The position numbers were made by a program, and so were the translations under genes. A stretch of DNA of 64,000 nt. It comes from Mobula hypostoma. Its lineage: Eukaryota. Position 1 is the stretch's first letter. Each line of letters begins with the position of its first letter. The stretch is from positions 99,016,001 to 99,080,000 of the forward strand of contig NC_086107.1 of NCBI RefSeq assembly GCF_963921235.1. The letters run 5' to 3'. Shown one piece after another: positions 24,968 to 36,639 of the stretch. The notes under the pieces were generated by a model. That model did no database searches and was not told where the DNA came from. It was given only the letters and a program-made list of their open reading frames with translations.

Positions 24968-25056
24968 TTGCGGATCAAGGTCTAATTTGTCTGGTCTCAG
25001 AGTTTAAAAATGTACAGCGATGTTTTAAATGTTTTAAAATGTACAGCGAATAAAAT

Positions 25057-25285
25057 TAAAGCACCTTCAATTACTCCAAAAGACTGAGGTTTGGTAAAAT
25101 ACTGAAAGGCTTTTATTCACTGTACAATACGACCTCCACAGTGAGTGTCTGCCCCCGGACTGAGGGGGAGGGGCAAGGTGAACACCTTTATACAGGACTC
25201 TGTGGGAGGAGCCACAGGGGCAGTCAGCAGAGGTGTGTGTCCAGACAGGTAACCGAGTTACAACATATATACATGGTTTACCACA
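25057..25285 (-). repeat. 5' LTR
   Basis: Direct repeat of 21035-21264, with the terminal CA mutated to TA. Confidence 0.95.
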
Positions 25286-25891
25286 GGCCCCGACACCCTG
25301 ACCTTTCCAAACTGGCCCGGTGCCTAAATCTACGCCCAGACATCGGGTTCTACTGCCTCGAGTCCTCCGGAGGCTGCAAGCTGGTATCCCGCACATACAC
25401 AGTTCAAGGACTGTGCGTGGGTGGGAGGGAGGAAGGGGCTAGTTTTGCTGTTGCTGTTTGGTAGCTAGTTCTGCTCTGTCTTGTTCTGCCGAGCCTGGTG
25501 GGCGTGCTGTGTTGTTGCTGGAATGTGTGGAGCCTTCAGCGCCTTGGTTGTTGACGCAAACAATGCATTTCACTGAAAATGTTTTGACGTACACACGATA
25601 AGTAAGTTTGAATCTTGAAAGTGTCCTTTTGGAAACAAACTCTCTGTTCCTTAAAGTTCTGTAGTCAAAATTAGAAGACATTATTTTGTATTTCAAACGT
25701 AATTCAGGCATTCTCCCCACAAGTTGTTGCCATGGTGATCACATGATGGAAGTGTTGTGCTTTTAATCCACTGGGCTTTTACTTTGATTGAAATTCACAT
25801 TTACTCTTGAGAAATCAGAGAATCAGCTGGAACAATAAAGATCATGAGTGACATCTAGACTAATATTTGGGAAAACTAATTTCTTGTCAAG

Positions 25892-26245
25892 ACTCTCTCT
25901 CTCTCTTCTCCCTCTTTCTCCCTTTCAATCCCTCTTTCTCCCTCTCTATCCCTCTCTCTCACTCCTCCTTTCTCTCCCTCTCTCCCTCTTTCTCCCTCTC
26001 TTCCTCTCTCCCCCTCTCTTCCCCTCTCTCACTCTCTCTCCCTCTCTCAATCCCTCTTTCTTCCTCTCTCTCTGTCCCTCTTCTTCCCCCTCTCTCTCTC
26101 TCTCCCCACTCTCTCTCTCAGTCCCCTTCTCTCCCCCTCTCTTTCTCTTCTCCATCTCTCCCTCTCTCTTCCATTTCCCCTCAATCTCTCTCCCTCTTTC
26201 TTTCTACCCTCCCCTCTCCCCTCTCCCTCCTCACCCTCTTCACTC
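25892..26245. repeat. CT-rich low-complexity tract
   Basis: Almost exclusively C/T on the + strand. Confidence 0.9.
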
Positions 26246-26579
26246 TGAGTGTAAATTCAAAGGAACTCAGCAGTCACCGAGCCTCACGCACCGCCTTAAA
26301 GATCACAGAGAATTCCTGCACAGTGCAGATATGAGTAATCACTCCCAAGGGTTAAACTGACACAGTTTAAAATACACTCGTGCATTCTTCTAGGAGACTT
26401 TCAGACTTCAAGGACTTAACACAAAGGACTGCTGTGGGTTACAGACAGACAGACACACCCACACAATTCAGACTGCAGCAGCGTCCAATCTCTCCCACTC
26501 TCTAAGCTCACGTCTGCACCAGAGCTCACATTATAAAACCCAGTCCCTCTATGGTTGCTGATAATACTTGCAGCAAAGC

Positions 26580-26900
26580 TGCAACTAGCAGAGTGGCTGT
26601 CTCGGCGCAGAGACACGGGTCCATTCCTGACACTGTCCATGTGGAGTTTGCATGTTCTCCCTGTGGCTGAGTGGGTTTCCCTCGGGTGCTCTGGTTTCGT
26701 CCCACATCCCAAAGATTTGCGGGTTTGTAGATTAATTGGCTGCTCTAACTTTACCCTGTTGTGTGGTAAAACCTGGGGGGAGGTGTTGGGAATGTGGGGA
26801 GAGTAGAAAGTTTCTACGTTCACCCTGTGACCGCGTGGGTTTCCTCCGGGTGCTCTGGTTTCCTCCCACAGTCCAAAGACGTACTGGTTGGCAGGTTGAT
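26580..26900 (+). mobile_element. Two adjacent HE1-like V-SINE pieces
   Basis: GGAGTTTGCATGTTCTCCCTGTG...GGGTTTCCCTCGGGTGCTCTGGTTTC, then a second V-domain at 26820-26890. Confidence 0.7.
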
Positions 26901-27870
26901 TGTCAATGATTTGGGTTGACGGAATTGGTGGCTTTGTGGCCAAGTTTGCGGTTGATACGAAGATAGGTGGAGGGACAGGTAGTTTTGAGGAAGTAGAGAG
27001 GCTACAGAAGGACTTAAGTTATGAGAAGGGGCAAAGAAGTGGCAGATGGAATACAGTGTCGGGAAGTGTATGGCCATGCATCTTGGTAGAAGAAATGAAA
27101 GGGTTGACTATTTTCCAAATAGAGAGAAAATAGAAAAATCTGAGGTACAAAGGAACTTGGGAGTTCTTGTGCAGGATTCCCTGAAGGTTCATTTGCAGGT
27201 TGAGTCTTCGGTGAGGAAGGCAAATGCCATGTTAGCATTCATTTCAAGAGGACTAGAATATAAAAGCAAGGATGTAATGTTGAGATTTCATAAAGCACTG
27301 GTGAGGCCTCACTTGGGAGTATTGTGAGCAGTTTTGGGCTCCTTATCTTAGAAAGGATGTGCTGAAACTGGAGAGGGTTCAATGAAGGTTCACGAAAATG
27401 ATCCCAGGATTGAACGACTTGTCATATGAAGAGTGTTTGATGGCTCTGGGTCAGAAGAATTCAGAAGAACGAGGGGTGACCTCATTGAAACTGATCAATT
27501 GGTGAAGGGCCTCAATAAAGTGGATGCGGAGAGGATGTTTCCAATGGTGGGAGACTTTAAGACCAGAGGACACAGCCTCAGAATAGAGGGGTATCCTTTT
27601 AGAATAGAAATGAGGAAAAATTTCTTTAGCCAGAGAGTGGTGAATCTGTGGAATTCATTGCCACAGGCAGCTGTGGAGGCCAAGTCTTTATGTATACTTA
27701 AGGCAGAGGTTGATAGATTCTTGATTGGTCAGGGCATGAAGGGATACAGGAAGAAGGCAGGAGATTGGGGCTGAGAGGAAAATTGGATCAGCCTTGATGA
27801 AATGCTGGAGCAGACTCGATGGGCCAAATGGCCCAATTCCGCTCCTATGTCTGATGATATTATGGTCTTA
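26900..27870 (+). mobile_element. CR1 LINE 3' ~1 kb
   Basis: VAKFAVDTKIGG, KANAMLAFISRG and RKNFFSQRVVNLWNSLP motifs, with a CR1 tail. Confidence 0.88.
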
Positions 27871-28319
27871 ATTGGTCATTGGAAACCTGTGATGAGGCTA
27901 GAGTTAAATAGGTGGGTCACTGGACGGTGTGGCTCGGTGGGGCCGGTTCTGTGCTGTATCTCCAAATAAAAAGGGATGAACTTAAATGGGTTGTCAGTGG
28001 TCAGCATGGACTCAATGGGCTGAAGGACCTTTTTCTGTGCTGTGTGTCACTCTCCAGACAGAAAACCAGGCTGACATGGACTAGATGGGCAGAAGGGCCT
28101 GATTCTGTGCCCTAGCAGTCTATGATTCTGTGACCCTCCCCAGCGACATCCAACGTTTCAGTGGGATGTGTGTTAATCCCCTTCAGAAAGCTTTCACTCC
28201 CTGGCGGTGAACCGCAGGATGTTTCCCTGGTCTGTTTCAAGCCTGTTTATTTATAGGCCCTTTGAGCCCCGCCACCCAGCAACCCCCGATTTAACCCTCA
28301 TCTAATCACGGGACAAAGA

Positions 28320-28565
28320 GGCAGCACTGCGACGAAGTGGTCGGCACAACGCTTTGCGATACAAGCTAACCTGGGTTCAATTCCTGCCGCTGTCTGCAAG
28401 GAGTTTGTATGTTCTCCCTGTGACTGCGTGGGCTTCCTCCGGGTGCTCTGGTTTCCTCCCACAGTCCAAAGAAAAACTGGTTGGCCAGTTAATTAGTCAT
28501 TGTAAATTGTCCCGTGATTAGGCTCAGGTTAAAACTTGGAGGATTTTTTTTGGGGGCAGCCATAC
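28320..28565 (+). mobile_element. HE1-like V-domain SINE
   Basis: B box GGTTCAATTCC followed by the V-domain GGAGTTTGTATGTTCTCCCTGTGACTGCGTGGGCTTCCTCCGGGTGC. Confidence 0.75.
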
Positions 28566-29859
28566 AGAGCAGGACTTAAAAATTACTACAAATCAAAAAA
28601 TCAAATTTAAATAGAAATTCAAATTCAGGTTTATTTATTGTTCAACTATACATGAATACAGCCAAACAAAACAGCGTTACTCTGGGGCCAAGGTGCAAAG
28701 CATACACAGCACTTTCAAAATTGCGAGCAAAAAAAAAACATAGTCACGCAAAAAAAACACAAATATCGCCCAAGACCCTGAGCGACATGTCCCGCAAATT
28801 GATGGTGCAGTGCTCAGCTACTGCAATCCAGCCTGTCATTCCACTGATTGAACACTGGAGGGCAGCACTGGCGGGAGTACAAGTTACAGCAATAAATAAA
28901 TGGTTGAAATGGTGAAGAAGAAGGTAGTGTTCATGGACCGTTAAATGTTTTTTTTCGTGTATTGTTCCAGGCTCCGACAGATCTGGTACTCTTGGTGTTC
29001 TGGGATGGCCTGTGTGCATATATGAGGGTACATTCTGTCATGTCCCTTACCTGGCCTGTTCAATCCTGCTGCTCGCTTGGACTCTGAACGAGGATCGACA
29101 GGAGTCACGTGACACGGGAGACACTGGAACCCAGAGCGAGAAGCAAACTGCTGCAGGAACTCAGTGGGGTAGGGTGGGGAGGGGAGACGGGCTGTCAATG
29201 CTTTGGGCTGAGGCCAGGGGAAGTGTTTCAGCTGTCCGCTTCCTCCCACAGAGGCGGGCCAGCCTGGTGAGTTTCTCCAGCGCCTTGTTTGCTGAGGTCC
29301 AACGGCATCCGCCTCTGTCTCGCTCTGGGCCCCGTCTCCGCAGGCTGCCTGGCTTTGGCTGCTGTGCGGGAGGAGGGACGCTGGGCTCCCTCGGGTGCCC
29401 AGGCAGCGTAGGAGGATGTCCTCTGTGCTACATGGATGACCGAGGTAGTGTTGCCCCAGTAAGGGGGTGGTGGTGTTCAGGCCTGTAATTCCAGCCCCTC
29501 CCATACCCATAACACCCAACTCGCACCCCCCCACCCCCCAAAGATGTACAGCCGACCGTGCTCCCACCCCAATGCATGAAGCCTATCTGACCTTTCATCT
29601 CAGGCCTCCAGCTGCCCGGCATGATGTCTGTCCACAGGAGGGACTGTCCTCTCCCTACCCCTTCCACTGCAGCTGGAATGCCCGCCCCTCTCATCCCCAA
29701 CCCACCCCTCGCTGCCCCTTCATCCCTCACACTCTGGCCCCTGACCCCGGCTATTCCTGAAATCCTGGGCAGGCCTCCTTCTTCCCAGCAGTGCCCTTCA
29801 CAACCTCCAGCGTTATTCCCCTCCCCACCACTCCCACCGTCCCTGGTGGTCAGGCTCTG

Positions 29860-30350
29860 GAGAGTCAGAGTCAGACAAGGTTTTACAGCACAGACAGGCC
29901 CTTCGGCCCAGATAGTCCATGCTGGCCCAGTTATCTGCTTCCATTAGTGCCGTCTGCCTTTGCTTGTCTCATACATCTCTAGACCTTTCCTATCCATGTA
30001 CCTGTCCAAGTGTCATTTAGACATTGTAATTGTACCCACCTCAACCACTTCCTCCGGCACTTGGTCGCATGTACCCATCTGTGTGAAAAATCTGCCCCTC
30101 AGACCTCCTTCCCCTCCCATCTTAAACAAATAACCCCTAGCTTTAGACTCTCCTACCCTGGGAAAATGATGGCGACAACTCATCTTATCTATGCTCTTCG
30201 AGACCTTACAGACCCCTCAGCAACCTTCATTCCAAGAAAATCAGTCCCACCCAGTCCAGCCTCTCTTTCTAACTCAAGCCCTCCGGTCCCAGTAACATCT
30301 CATGAATCTTCTCTGAACATCTCGGGTCTAATCACATCTACCTGTAATGC
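29860..30350 (-). mobile_element. Degenerate CR1 3' end
   Basis: Reverse CR1-type terminus (ACAGACAGGCCCTTCGGCCC...CATGTACCTGTCCAAG...CTGTGTGAAAAA). Confidence 0.6.
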
Positions 30351-30364
30351 AGCCTCCAAGAGAA

Positions 30365-30665
30365 CCACATCATTGCCGTAGGGTTTGGAGGCATGCCTAC
30401 CTCAATGACCCGGAGATCTACGTTGGCTGGAGTCAGGGCCTTGTGCTCTGGCTGTGGTTAGGGTCACCCATGCCAAACAGGGTCAAAGGGTAGAGGCCAG
30501 ACCAAGAGTGGTCCAGATTCAGGGGTCAGCTCAGGGCTAATGGAAACAGGAATAAAGAACCCTTCTGTATCTGTGTGTGACTGAGGACCCTGAACGTGGG
30601 GGACAACAGAAAAGATGGCCAAGGACAGACAGAGACAGAGGACGTTCACTGCCGCTCAGGCAGTA
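30365..30665 (+). mobile_element. Probable RTE-clade 5' UTR-derived non-autonomous fragment
   Basis: CCTCAATGACCCGGAGA.CTA.G...GGTTAGGGTCACCCATGCCAAACAGGGTCAAAGGGTAGAGGCCAGAC resembles RTE 5' ends as recalled; not searched. Confidence 0.45.
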
Positions 30666-30704
30666 AGTAAGTGCCTGTAGTTCAGGAGCACACAGTACCA
30701 GGTT

Positions 30705-31238
30705 GACCTGTCTGGTCTTGAACAGGATAACCTGGTATGGAAGTTGTCCTGTCCAAGAGCAGAAGAAGCTGCAGAAGATCGTGAACACGGCACAGCACAT
30801 CACACAAACCAATCTTCCGTCTGTGGATTCACTTTACACCGCACGCTGTCGGAGCAGTGCTGCCAGGATAATCAAGGACATGACCCACCCAGCCAACACA
30901 CTTTTCGTCCCTCTTCCCTCCAGGAGAAGGTTCAGGAGCTTGAAGATTCATACAGCCAGATTTGGGAACAGCTTCTTTCCAACTGTGATAAGACTGCTGA
31001 ACGGATCCTGACCCGGATCTGGGCCGTACCCTCCAAATATCTGGACCTGCCCCTCGGTTTTTTTGCACTACCTTACTTTCCATTTTTCTATTTTCGATTT
31101 ATGATTTATAACTTAACTTTTTAATGTTTACTATCAATTTGTAATCCAGGGAGCGGGAAGCGCAGAATCAAATATCGCTATGATGATTGTACGTTCTAGT
31201 ATCAATTGTTTGGTGACGATGAAGTATAAAGTATAAGG
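30705..31238 (+). mobile_element. Rex1/L2-group LINE 3' end
   Basis: ORF ITWYGSC...KLQKIVNTAQHI...HPANTLFVPLPSRRRFRS...SFFPTVIRLLN, with an (AAGTATA)2 tail. Confidence 0.8.
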
Positions 31239-31239
31239 T

Positions 31240-32365
31240 AAATATCTAATCAGCCAATCATGTGGGAGCAACTCATTGCCTAAAAGCATACGGTCATGGT
31301 CAAGAGGTTCGGTTGTTGTTCAGACCAAACTTCAAAATGGGGAAGAAATGTGATCTAAGTGACTTTGACTGTGGAATGATTGTTGGTGCCAGATGGGGTG
31401 GTTTGAGTATCTCAGAAACTGCTGATCTCCTGGGATTTTCACACACAACTCAAGACCATAATGCCACAAGATATTGGAGCAGAATTAGGCCATTTGGCCC
31501 ATTGAGTTTGCGCTGCTATTCCATCATGGTTGACCCATTTTCCCTCTCAGTCCCAATCTCCCGGCTTCTCCTGGTATCCCTTCATGCCCTGACTAATCAA
31601 GAATTTATCAACCTCTGCCTTAAATATACCCAGTGAGTTGGCCTCCACAGCTGCCTGCGGCAACAAATTCCACAGATTCCAGCAGGTCGGTGCTGGATCC
31701 CAAGAGGGGGAATTTACAGAGAAAGGTGTAGAAAAAAAAAATCCAGTGTGTGATGGCTCTGCCGGCAAAAACACTTTGTTAATGAGAGAGGTCAGAGGAG
31801 AACGGCCAGAATGGTTCAAGCTGACAGGAAAGCGACAGTAACTTGAATAACCACACGTCACAACAGTGACAAACAAGAGAGAATCTGCAGATGCTGGAGA
31901 TCCGAGCAACGCACACAAAATGCTGGAGGAACTCAGCAGGCCAGGCAGCATCCATGGAAAAAAAGCCCAGTCGACGTTTTGGGGCCGAGACCCTTCGGCA
32001 GGACTGGAGAAAAAAAGATGAGGAGTAGATTTAAAAGATTGGGGGGACGGGAGAGAGAAACACAAGGGGGGAGGTGAAACCGGGAGAGGGGAAGGGGGAA
32101 GTAAAGAGCTGGGAAGTTGATCGCTGAAGGAGATACAGGGCTGGGGAAGGGGGAGTCTGATAGGAGAGGACAGAAGGCAGTGGAAGAAAGAAAAGTGGGG
32201 AGAACAGTGGTATGCAGTAGAGTATTTCTGAACCCACAACACATCGAACCCTGAAGTGGATGGGCTACAGCAGCAGAAGATCATGAACATCCACTCAATA
32301 CAGGATAATACTGAATCATATTGAATAATACAGGAGGCACCCACGAAGTGAGCTCTGAGAGTATG
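31240..32365 (+). mobile_element. Tc1-like DNA transposon remnant interrupted by CR1 (~31450-31680) and Penelope-like (31869-32202) inserts
   Basis: MGKKCDLSDFDCGMIVGARWGGLSISETADLLGFSHTT is a Tc1 paired-like HTH. It continues at 31712 and 32203. The PLE insert is flanked by AACAGTG at 31862-31868 and 32203-32209. Confidence 0.8.
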
Positions 32366-32999
32366 CTGTGAAATCTGCTGTTTTGTGGCAGCCATACATT
32401 AAAATTACTGTACAATATTAAATAACTAAAGGATATAAATAAATTACTTTATTTAATAAAGTAAAGGATATAAATAAATAAACAATGATTATAAATAAAT
32501 AAACAGATAAATAATTGATACAAATGAATAAATAATGCAGATAAATAAGCAGTGTGGTAGTGTTCATGAACTATTGAGAAATCTGATGGCCGGAGAGGAA
32601 GAAGCTGTTCCTGAATCGTTGAGATTAGGTCTGCAGACTCCTGTACAGCTTCCCTGATGGGAGAAATGAGTAGAGGGCCTGCCCTGGATGGTGAGAGTCC
32701 TTGGCGATAGATATCACCTGCTGCCTCTCGAAGATGTCCTCGATGATGGGGGGACGTGGTCGTGATGGGTGTGGCTGACTCTACGACTCTCTCTTTCGAT
32801 CCTGTGCAATAACTTAGTGAAACGGCTGAACTTGCAACATCCCATTATCTCCCTGCTGCGACCTCACAGACCCGGGGTTGTCCTGGTGGCCCGTCCACCC
32901 CTCCTGCCTTCTCCGTCTAGCCAGTTGTCTAGACCAGTTGACGCCGACGTCGCAGGAGCTCCAGCTGAACTGTGTCAGCCTCCCAGCGGCCATCGGAGC

Positions 33000-33575
33000 T
33001 CCCACAGAGAGAACCGCGTCCTCACGTCTCTCAACAGCGCGCCCGCCCTGTACCTCTCCCCAGCACACATTGTCGGCCGGGGACTCTGTGGACACGGAGA
33101 GGAGGTTCTCTGAACGAGTGGCCCAAACAATTCAGAATGCCTCGTCGTCAGATCTGACCAACAAGCTCTGAAGGCCTCACCTGGCCGGTGGTGAGAGGGG
33201 CTCTCCCAGTCAGAGCCGAGGCTGGTAACCAGCGCATGTTGCCCTCAGGATGGCAGAGGAGGGGAGGAGAGGGTCACCCACCTCTTTGCAGACCTTGGGT
33301 TTGCCAAGATGGCGCGGAGACCGATTCAGATTCCTTGCCACGTTTCACCCCGAGCAGCTGCGTAACAAAGGACACTCTGATCTACAGGCGCACACGCACA
33401 CAGACGTCAAGTCCAACTGGAGGTCCCCAACCCGGGAAAAGGTGTCCTGCGGCCTGCCCAAGACCTGTTGGACTCCCAGCACAGTGAGGTGTCCGTAGGG
33501 GGACACGCTGAGGGCCCAGTGCAGGCGATACAAGGGCTCAGTGGGGAAAGACCACAGTCCAGGCTCCTCTGGCAG
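33000..33575 (+). mobile_element. Degenerate Tx1-like LINE ORF2 3' end
   Basis: QNASSSDLTNK, LTWPVVRGALPVRA, HLFAD, RFTPSSCVTKDTLIY and WGKTTV motifs across frames. Confidence 0.65.
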
Positions 33576-33634
33576 GAGCTGAGCTGGGTGCAGAAGCCCC
33601 TCATACAGTGAAAGGGTGGATTACCCCAGGGGAC

Positions 33635-34485
33635 CACTTGGATGGGCGGGCAAAAAAGTGGCAGATGGAATACAGTGTTGGGAAACGTATGATAATACAT
33701 TCTGATAAAAGGAGCAATAGTGCAGACTATTATCTAAATGGGGAGAAGGTTCAAACATCAGAAGTGCAGAGAGACTTGGGAGTCCTCATGCAAGACCCCC
33801 AGAAGACTAATTTACAGATTGAGTCTGTGGTAAAGAAGGCAAATGCAATGTTGGCATTTATTTCAAGGGAAATAGAATATAAAAGCAAGGAGATAATGCT
33901 GAGGCTTTATAAGACACTAGTCAGGCTGACTTGGAGTATCGTCAACAGTTTTGGGCCCCATATCTCAGAAAGGATGTGTTGTCGTTGGAGAGAGTCCAGA
34001 GGAGGTTCACGAGGATTATTCTGGGATTGAAGGGGTTAACATATGAGGAGCGTTTGGCAGTTTTGGGCCTGTACTCACTGGAATTTAGAAGAATGCGGGG
34101 GGATCTCATTGAAACCTACCGAATGTTGAAAGGACTAGATAAGGTGGATGTGGAGAGGATATTTCCTATGGTGGGGGTATCCAGAACTGGAGGGCACAGC
34201 CTCAAAATTGAGGGGTGCCCCTTTAGAAGAGAGGTAAGGAGGAATTTTTTTAGCCAGAGAATAATGAATCTGTGGAATGCTCTGCCACAGACTGCAGTGG
34301 AGGCCAAGTCCGTGCGTATATTTAAAGTGGAAGTTGATAGTTTCTTGATCGGTCAGGGCAGCAAAGGATAAGGCGAGAAGGCAGGTGTATGAGGTTGAAT
34401 GGGATCTGGGATCAGCCATGATGGAATGGTGGAGCAGATTCGATGGGCTGAATGGCCTAATTCTGCTCCTATGTCTTATGGTCCT
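33635..34485 (+). mobile_element. CR1 LINE 3' portion
   Basis: ORFs 33608-34030 and 33931-34371 ([30 protein letters not shown]), with a CR1 tail. Confidence 0.9.
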
Positions 34486-36398
34486 GTGGCTTAAAAAAAA
34501 TAAGCTAACACCACTTTGTCCATATGACATCAAAAATGTAAAAAATATCTCGCACTGTGTTTATTCTTTTGTAGAAATTTCTTCTGATTAAAGTTTATTA
34601 CTGAAATAAAAAAGATCCTTTTGATGGCACCAACTTTGTTTATTGTGAGTCTGTGAGCTGACCAGTCCACTGTCCTTAAGAAATATCATTTTGTTCAGGG
34701 TCAGTCTGTCTTTATCTTGAAGGGCTGATAAGTGGTTTCTCTCTGGCAGTGATCACAACATTAACCCCCCCTCCTGAAGATAAGTCTGGACGTTCCTCTT
34801 TCACCTTCTGCTCAAAGCCGCCTGGGATATTGTTTGGTCGAGATTCACGTGTGTAGTCACGTACCTGGCCTTGCAGCCCTTCTGCCTGACCGCGATGCCA
34901 AAGGTGATCTTGCCGCAAGTCCCCCTTCTCTCTTCCTCAGATCGCTCTCCACGCACCCCCCCCCCACCCCCGGTCAATCTCTTGGCATCAACCTCTCCCT
35001 GTCCTCCTCATCCATCCTGTATCAGCATAAATCATTTGTTCTCCTCCCCTCTTCCCGGGAATTCACGTCCTTCTCTCTCTCGGCCCCCTCTTTCAGTTGA
35101 TCCATCTTGCTTGTCTGTGTCTGTTTTTTTGTGGTGTGAGTTTGTCTGTGTGGATACATAGGTGTATGTCCGTATGTGAACAGGTTTGAATGCAGTATGT
35201 GTGTTTGTCTGTTCATGTGTGTCTCTGGGTCTAGATCAATGTGTGTGTCTCTGTGTGAGTGGGTTTTTTTTCTTTCTTTTCTCTCTGCCTTCCTGCATGT
35301 CTTTTTATTCATTTTATTGCGTGGAACAGGTCAGGACCTTTACCTGACAGATCAGGGAAGGGCTGTGACCTCGATGTTGATGACTTTGATGCCTGTGGCC
35401 TCTGTGTTGGAGATCCTCATGTTGGGAATTGTGGTGCTGGGGACCTCAGTGTTGGGAACCACCATACTGGGGTCGGCTGTTGGGGATCTTGCTGTTGGGG
35501 ACGATATTGGGGACCTCGATGCCTGGGTTCTTGGACACAGGGATTGTTACAGTACAAGTCAGGGGTGTGAGAAGCGGTGACCTCTGTGGAAGGCCAGTGG
35601 CCGGAGCCTGGACCAAGCTCAGCATTCCGAGCAGGAGAAGGGAACATCCGAGGACTAACACGGCAAAACATCCTGGCTGTCTTCCTGCTGGAAATTCTGG
35701 TCTCAGAGGCACTTTGGCTCTCTGTACATTAGAGGTCGCGGGGTCAGATAGACAGCTGGGGCCAATAATGGGATCCAAATTCTGGCTGTTTGTGGTCTTT
35801 CCAGCCGGACAGCTGAAAACTGATCCCCGGAGGATGGAGTGGCTGTGGACAAACATTCTGCGAGGGTAATGACCTCGTTTAAGGGCCTGTCCTTTGGTCA
35901 CTTGTTCCTGAGAATGACGTCAACTGTGTGGGAAAGACAATTCAAATGGGAGAGAGCAGAACACCAGGACCCTCCGTGGCAGCTGGACACATATGTAGCA
36001 CGGAGATGCGCAGGAGGGGAGGCTCCAGGCTTCTCCTGACCTCCTGCCGTCCCACCCCCACTACCCCCGGCTCCCCTCACCCTCCCGACCCACAACTGTG
36101 CTTTTATCCCACCTAGCAGTGTGTAATGGTTAGTGGCTAAAGTGGGGAGACAGAGGGTATGGCGGAATCAGTCTTGGGGGAAATTTGAGGGAAAACTGGG
36201 CATTATTCCAAACAACTCAGTTTGGACAGTGAGTTGGGGGGGTGGTGAATGTGGGGAGTGAGTGTGGATGGTGACAGCAGTGGGTGGGGGGAGCAAGTGT
36301 GAAGGGGGTGAGTGTTAGCATTGTGTGAGGAGAGTGAGAGTGGAGGGGTGAGTGTGTGGGGGAGTGAGTGTGAGCAGTGGGTGTGGGGAGTGAGTGTA

Positions 36399-36639
36399 TG
36401 TAATATTTTAGTAATATTTGAGTAATATTGTAAATATATTGTTTGATTAAGCATCCTTTATTTGTTTAAATAATTAATTTTGGGTTATATGTAAAAGTAC
36501 ATGAATGGCATACGTTATCACACCACCAGGTCAGAAGTGCACACCTCGCTAAAAGTAAAAAAGGAAGAGTGTATGAGTTGTCCTCAGCTCTGTGTGTGTT
36601 TTTTCTTTCCGATTAGTTTTGGAGTTACAAAAAATAACA
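36399..36639. mobile_element. Probable solo LTR
   Basis: 241-bp AT-rich unit starting TGTAAT and ending ATAACA, inside a GT-rich tract. Flanks are GTGTA and GTGTG (near-TSD). Confidence 0.6.

Larger units (their letters stand above)
21035..25285 (-). mobile_element. Ty3/Gypsy LTR retrotransposon, 4251 bp, two LTRs, 5-bp TSD
   Basis: LTRs at 21035-21264 and 25057-25285. GGCCC at 21030-21034 and 25286-25290. Internal order gag-PR-RT-RH-IN. Confidence 0.97.

Noticed and set aside
32769..33500. GC-rich ORFs as host exons
   Set aside because: Mostly explained as a frameshifted Tx1-like ORF2 3' remnant.
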